Made by a program: the position numbers and the translations under genes
Source: Candidatus Competibacter sp.
Lineage (GTDB): Bacteria > Pseudomonadota > Gammaproteobacteria > Competibacterales > Competibacteraceae
Direction: 5' to 3'
Assembly (NCBI GenBank): GCA_035442025.1
Contig: DAORPQ010000004.1
Location: 14,515 to 78,514 of the forward strand
Length of the DNA: 64,000 nucleotides
Shown: one piece after another, positions 61,801-64,000 of the stretch
Numbering within the stretch: the stretch's first letter is position 1
How the letters are laid out: every line of letters starts with the position of its first letter
Notes under the pieces: generated by a model
Told to the model about the DNA's origin: nothing
What the model saw: the letters and a program-made list of their open reading frames with translations, nothing else
Databases searched by the model: none

Positions 61801-62326
61801 AGCGGTGGCCCTGACCGAGGCGCCCGATACCGTGGGCGGGTTCATCCGCCAACGTTACCGGTGGATGTACGGCACCATGCAGGCGGCCTGGAAGCACCGC
61901 GATGTGCTGTTCCGGCCGCGTTACGGCGCGCTGGGTTTTGTGGCCCTGCCCAATATCTTTATCTTCCAGGTCTTTTTCCCGTTGATTTCACCGGTGATGG
62001 ATCTGCTGCTCATCGGGTCGCTGGCCAGCGCGGCCTTCAATTACGGGCAGCATCCCGCCGAGTTTTCAGCGGATGCGCTCTGGCGCGTCCTGTTCTACTA
62101 CGCCCTGTTCGTGACGGTGGACTATCTGGCCGCCGTGTTGGCTTTCGCGCTGGAGCGCCGGGAAAGTTGGAGCCTGTTGGTCTGGCTGTTCTGGCAGCGC
62201 TTTTTCTATCGCCAGCTGATGTACTACGTCGCCATCAAGAGCACGCTGACCTCCCTGCGAGGCGTCCTGGTCGGTTGGGGCAAGTTGGAGCGCAAAGCGA
62301 CGGTGACGGTGCGGGAGGCCACTTAA
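58826..62326 (+). CDS. Membrane-anchored trifunctional-looking protein: GH18-like domain + CE4 polysaccharide deacetylase + processive family-2 glycosyltransferase
   Basis: 1166 aa. TM about aa 46-70. GH18-like about aa 142-445 (AGVSIDFE). CE4 about aa 520-715 (TFDDGP, HEIGNHTFTHP, FRPPY, ILLHD). TM(s) about aa 740-777. GT2 about aa 793-1025 (VPAYNEE, DDGSAD, DADT, AEDADL, QRYRW). C-terminal TM bundle. Confidence 0.85.
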   Translation: MSQPLLKPEDPAGSDAPLAPAESGAVMVKPVFFDPARKRWPRLRAGMMLAALGLTVLLGGLLASILASPVLPALNLPGASFLPLGAHAVPALPALAPERALTRRERALHKTKLKLARERERDLRQLLATQIHKAGPIADKPQLAIGFFVNWDDSSMTSLKQNLGSLDMVIAEWLHLAAEDGSLREDDPVRQSQATSYIRTRHPDLSIVPLVNNWNGHDWEGAKLGRVLADQPARTRVIGQLLAYVERHNFAGVSIDFENIPAKAQPDFQRFMAELYTVFHPKNLSVSVNVPASDPAFDYRKLAGSADHLILMAYDEHWSTGAPGPIASLPWFAKVLRQRQHDVPAAKTIVAIGNYAYDWENGHPAEERTFEEAVLVAKESEGAIHLDPVSLNPTFDYADDNDRIHHVWMLDAVTAFNQLAVVGSIRPRGVALWRLGSEDPALWRVFGKTGPMDAARAAELGEIHFGYGLDYEGKGEVLEITARPQPGARTLTFDPKRNLITAERYTQFPSPYMITRHGGIPRKVALTFDDGPDSRFTPQILDELHKAGVPATFFIIGVNGELNPDLLRREVDEGHEIGNHTFTHPNISSISSGQFQLELSATQRLLASAVGRHSLLFRPPYAVDAEPETIDQLRPIEWASEQGYLVVGMQIDPDDWQRPGVEEIVRRTVAEAERGEGNMILLHDAGGDRSQTVEAIPKIVAALRERGFQFVTVSDLLGRSRDEVMPPVPPDSRWQTWWDGAAFGVFNWSAALIHWLFLLGIVLGIARLLLIGVLALYQRWRGRHAVFDPTYTPSVAVIVPAYNEEKVIAQTVVSLLASQHPQHFEIIVIDDGSADATYRVARDTFANDLRVRVFTKPNGGKPAALNFGLAQTRAEIVVALDADTVFTRDTISKLVRHFADPGIGAVAGNAKVGNRVNLLTRWQALEYITSQNLDRRAFDVLNCITVVPGAVGAWRRELIARAGGFTHLTLAEDADLTMQIRKLGYTIAYEDEAVALTEAPDTVGGFIRQRYRWMYGTMQAAWKHRDVLFRPRYGALGFVALPNIFIFQVFFPLISPVMDLLLIGSLASAAFNYGQHPAEFSADALWRVLFYYALFVTVDYLAAVLAFALERRESWSLLVWLFWQRFFYRQLMYYVAIKSTLTSLRGVLVGWGKLERKATVTVREAT

Positions 62327-62910
62327 GCCGATGATTCCCACCAACGGGTGTAATTGACACTCAGCGCGGCCACACCGTCCTCGACCGTCGAGAAATCAAA
62401 AAAAGGCAGGTCGTATCGCTTGCATTCCTTTCGATACCATCTGCTTAATTTTATCTGTTCTTGCAGAAAAGAATGTGCTGCCTTCGCCGATTTTTCCGCC
62501 AGCCAGTGGACTTTTTTCTTTCTGATCATCTTGAAGCGCGCTTCCACTTTCAGGCGCGGATACCCGCAATACACCGGGTAGAAGCGACCGTCGGACGCTT
62601 CTTTCAGCTTCCTCGCCTTCGAGGGATCGATCCAGCCGCCTTCGACAATACAAAACGCATCCGCGGATAAGAGCCGCGCCACAACCTCCAGGGCGATCTT
62701 CTGGGTGACTTTTTCCAAAGCGCCCTGATCGTCGACGACTTTCCCAAGAATATCGTAAAAATTATCCAGCTCGACGACCGCGCGCCCATCTCTGGCCGCC
62801 AGCATTCTCGCGGCTGTCGACTTCCCGGACGCGCTCGCCCCACCGATGAAATAAATCGAACCGCGCGATGTCGCAGCTTTCTCGCCTGGGACTTTTTCAT
62901 TTTCGGACAC
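62323..62910 (-). CDS. P-loop NTPase/kinase-like protein
   Basis: 195 aa. Walker A GGASASGKST near the N-terminus. The gene is visibly lower in GC than its neighbours. Its stop codon overlaps the stop of the convergent 58826-62326 gene in the palindrome TTAA. Confidence 0.6.
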   Translation of the reverse strand: MSENEKVPGEKAATSRGSIYFIGGASASGKSTAARMLAARDGRAVVELDNFYDILGKVVDDQGALEKVTQKIALEVVARLLSADAFCIVEGGWIDPSKARKLKEASDGRFYPVYCGYPRLKVEARFKMIRKKKVHWLAEKSAKAAHSFLQEQIKLSRWYRKECKRYDLPFFDFSTVEDGVAALSVNYTRWWESSA

Positions 62911-63127
62911 GGTCTTTAGGGCTCCGTCTGCTGGCTGCTCGCAGGTTTTGGCCGACCCATTGCAACCCGAGATTCGCCGGCGAACCGACTTCCATCGGAT
63001 TCATGTGCGGCCTTGGCAATGCGAGCGCTCATGCCCGTTAGCTCAATTGAGATAGGCGGCGGCAGTATCCGGGGTGGAGCACACGACGAGCGCGACGCCC
63101 TGCGGGCAGCGCCGGCGAACCATCCCT

Positions 63128-63868
63128 TCAAACGTGCTCGTGCAGCCCGCACTCGCGCTTGAGGCCGAAAAACCGCGTGTCTTCCGGGCTCATCCCATCG
63201 ACCAGCCGGCGGGTGGTGTGGACATCGCCGATGGAGACGTAGCCCTGCTCCCACAACGGGTGATAGGGCAAGCCGTATCGGGTGAGATAACGGTAAACGT
63301 CGCGGTCGGTCCAATCGATCAGGGGATGAACCTTGCAGCGGCCGTTGCGCCACAGCAGCACGTCGAGATGCTGGCGGCTTTTCGCCTGCTGACGCCGCAG
63401 GCCGGAAATCCAGGCCGCCGCTCCCAAATCCTTGAGCGCCCGCTGCATCGGCTCGACCTTGTTCAGCCGGTTGTAGCGCTCGATGCCGTCCAAACCCTGT
63501 TCCCACAGCTTGCCGTAGCGGGCTTCCTGCCAGGCGGGCCCGTGTGGGGCGCGGTAGATGTGCAGGTTCAACGCCAGACGTTCGGCAAGCTCGTCGATAA
63601 AGCGGTAGGTTTCGGGGAACAGGTAGCCGGTATCGATCAGCACGACTGGAATATCCGCTTGCTGGGCGACCACCATGTGCAGACAAACCGCCGACTGAGC
63701 CCCGAAGCTGGAGGTCAACACCACGCGGCCCGGAAAGCTTTCCAAGGTCCAGCCGACCCGGCGCTCGGCGCTTGCCGAATCCAGCTCGCGGTTCATGGTT
63801 TCGAGATCGAACCATGGCTCGATGCCGTCCTCCAGTAATCCAGGTTGTACCACTGCCTGAGTCATCAC
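63128..63868 (-). CDS. cysH: Phosphoadenylyl-sulfate (PAPS) reductase, thioredoxin-dependent
   Basis: 246 aa. [24 protein letters not shown]-terminal KRECGLHE motif. No CC...CxxC Fe-S cluster signature is seen. Confidence 0.9.
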   Translation of the reverse strand: MMTQAVVQPGLLEDGIEPWFDLETMNRELDSASAERRVGWTLESFPGRVVLTSSFGAQSAVCLHMVVAQQADIPVVLIDTGYLFPETYRFIDELAERLALNLHIYRAPHGPAWQEARYGKLWEQGLDGIERYNRLNKVEPMQRALKDLGAAAWISGLRRQQAKSRQHLDVLLWRNGRCKVHPLIDWTDRDVYRYLTRYGLPYHPLWEQGYVSIGDVHTTRRLVDGMSPEDTRFFGLKRECGLHEHV

Positions 63869-64000
63869 CTGTCTGCCTTGTCGTTTAGCGGGCGGCCGAA
63901 AGGCGCGGTCCGCGTGCTTGTCTTTTGTTCTTCAAGTAAACTAACAACCCGGCGATAAATCCAAAAGGAATTAATATCTATATATTTATGCCAATAGCTT

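Noticed and set aside
62916-63815. 299-aa minus-strand ORF overlapping cysH
   Set aside because: It is out of frame with the clearly conserved CysH reading frame (63128-63868). The product is Arg/Pro/Gly-rich without motifs. Its non-overlapping tail (62916-63127) has no RBS-start signal of its own.

Overview
This GC-rich (~63%) window looks like gammaproteobacterial chromosome and is almost gap-free coding. Most of it is core housekeeping. In order: ctp, yajL, ubiE-ubiJ-ubiB, hslVU, rimO, rpmE2, greA-carAB, dapB, tRNA-Gly(CCC), an H-NS-like gene, trmB, a DD-carboxypeptidase, gltA, a phasin-like gene and rsmJ. Then a Sel1-SLT transglycosylase, an EF-G paralogue, a macro-domain protein, rubredoxin, thiD-thiE-hemL, dsbB/Rdx/mtgA/flavodoxin-like, infA, clpSA, pyrE, xthA, ampG and a Pat-type acetyltransferase. 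Finally a Fur-controlled ferritin-like-feoABC operon, glcDEF and cysH. No CRISPR array, transposase, integrase or rRNA was seen.

Two stretches look accessory and poorly understood:
- **44194-48013 (minus strand).** A translationally coupled three-gene operon encodes a Cys-rich secreted protein, a polytopic membrane protein and a signal-peptide-bearing TPR-CHAT (caspase-like) protease. The TPR part is a 7 x 126-bp in-frame DNA tandem array. A two-lobed SagB-type nitroreductase is transcribed divergently, 72 bp away.
- **54763-62326 (plus strand).** A polysaccharide locus encodes an ABC-2 exporter pair, a secreted discoidin/TIM-barrel glycosidase-like protein and a 1166-aa membrane protein. That protein fuses GH18-like, CE4 deacetylase and processive GT2 synthase domains.

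Smaller observations:
- A 54-aa rubredoxin gene is missing from the ORF track.
- A near-consensus sigma70 promoter overlapped by a Fur-box palindrome lies upstream of the ferritin-like-feoABC operon.
- The EF-G paralogue lacks the switch II catalytic His.
- The DD-carboxypeptidase carries a ~360-aa Pro/Ala/Lys-rich repeat tail.
- A cluster of stem-loops sits between rimO and hslV.

All calls come from reading the translations and sequence by eye; no database search was run. Start codons were refined where the six-frame ORF clearly over-extends.
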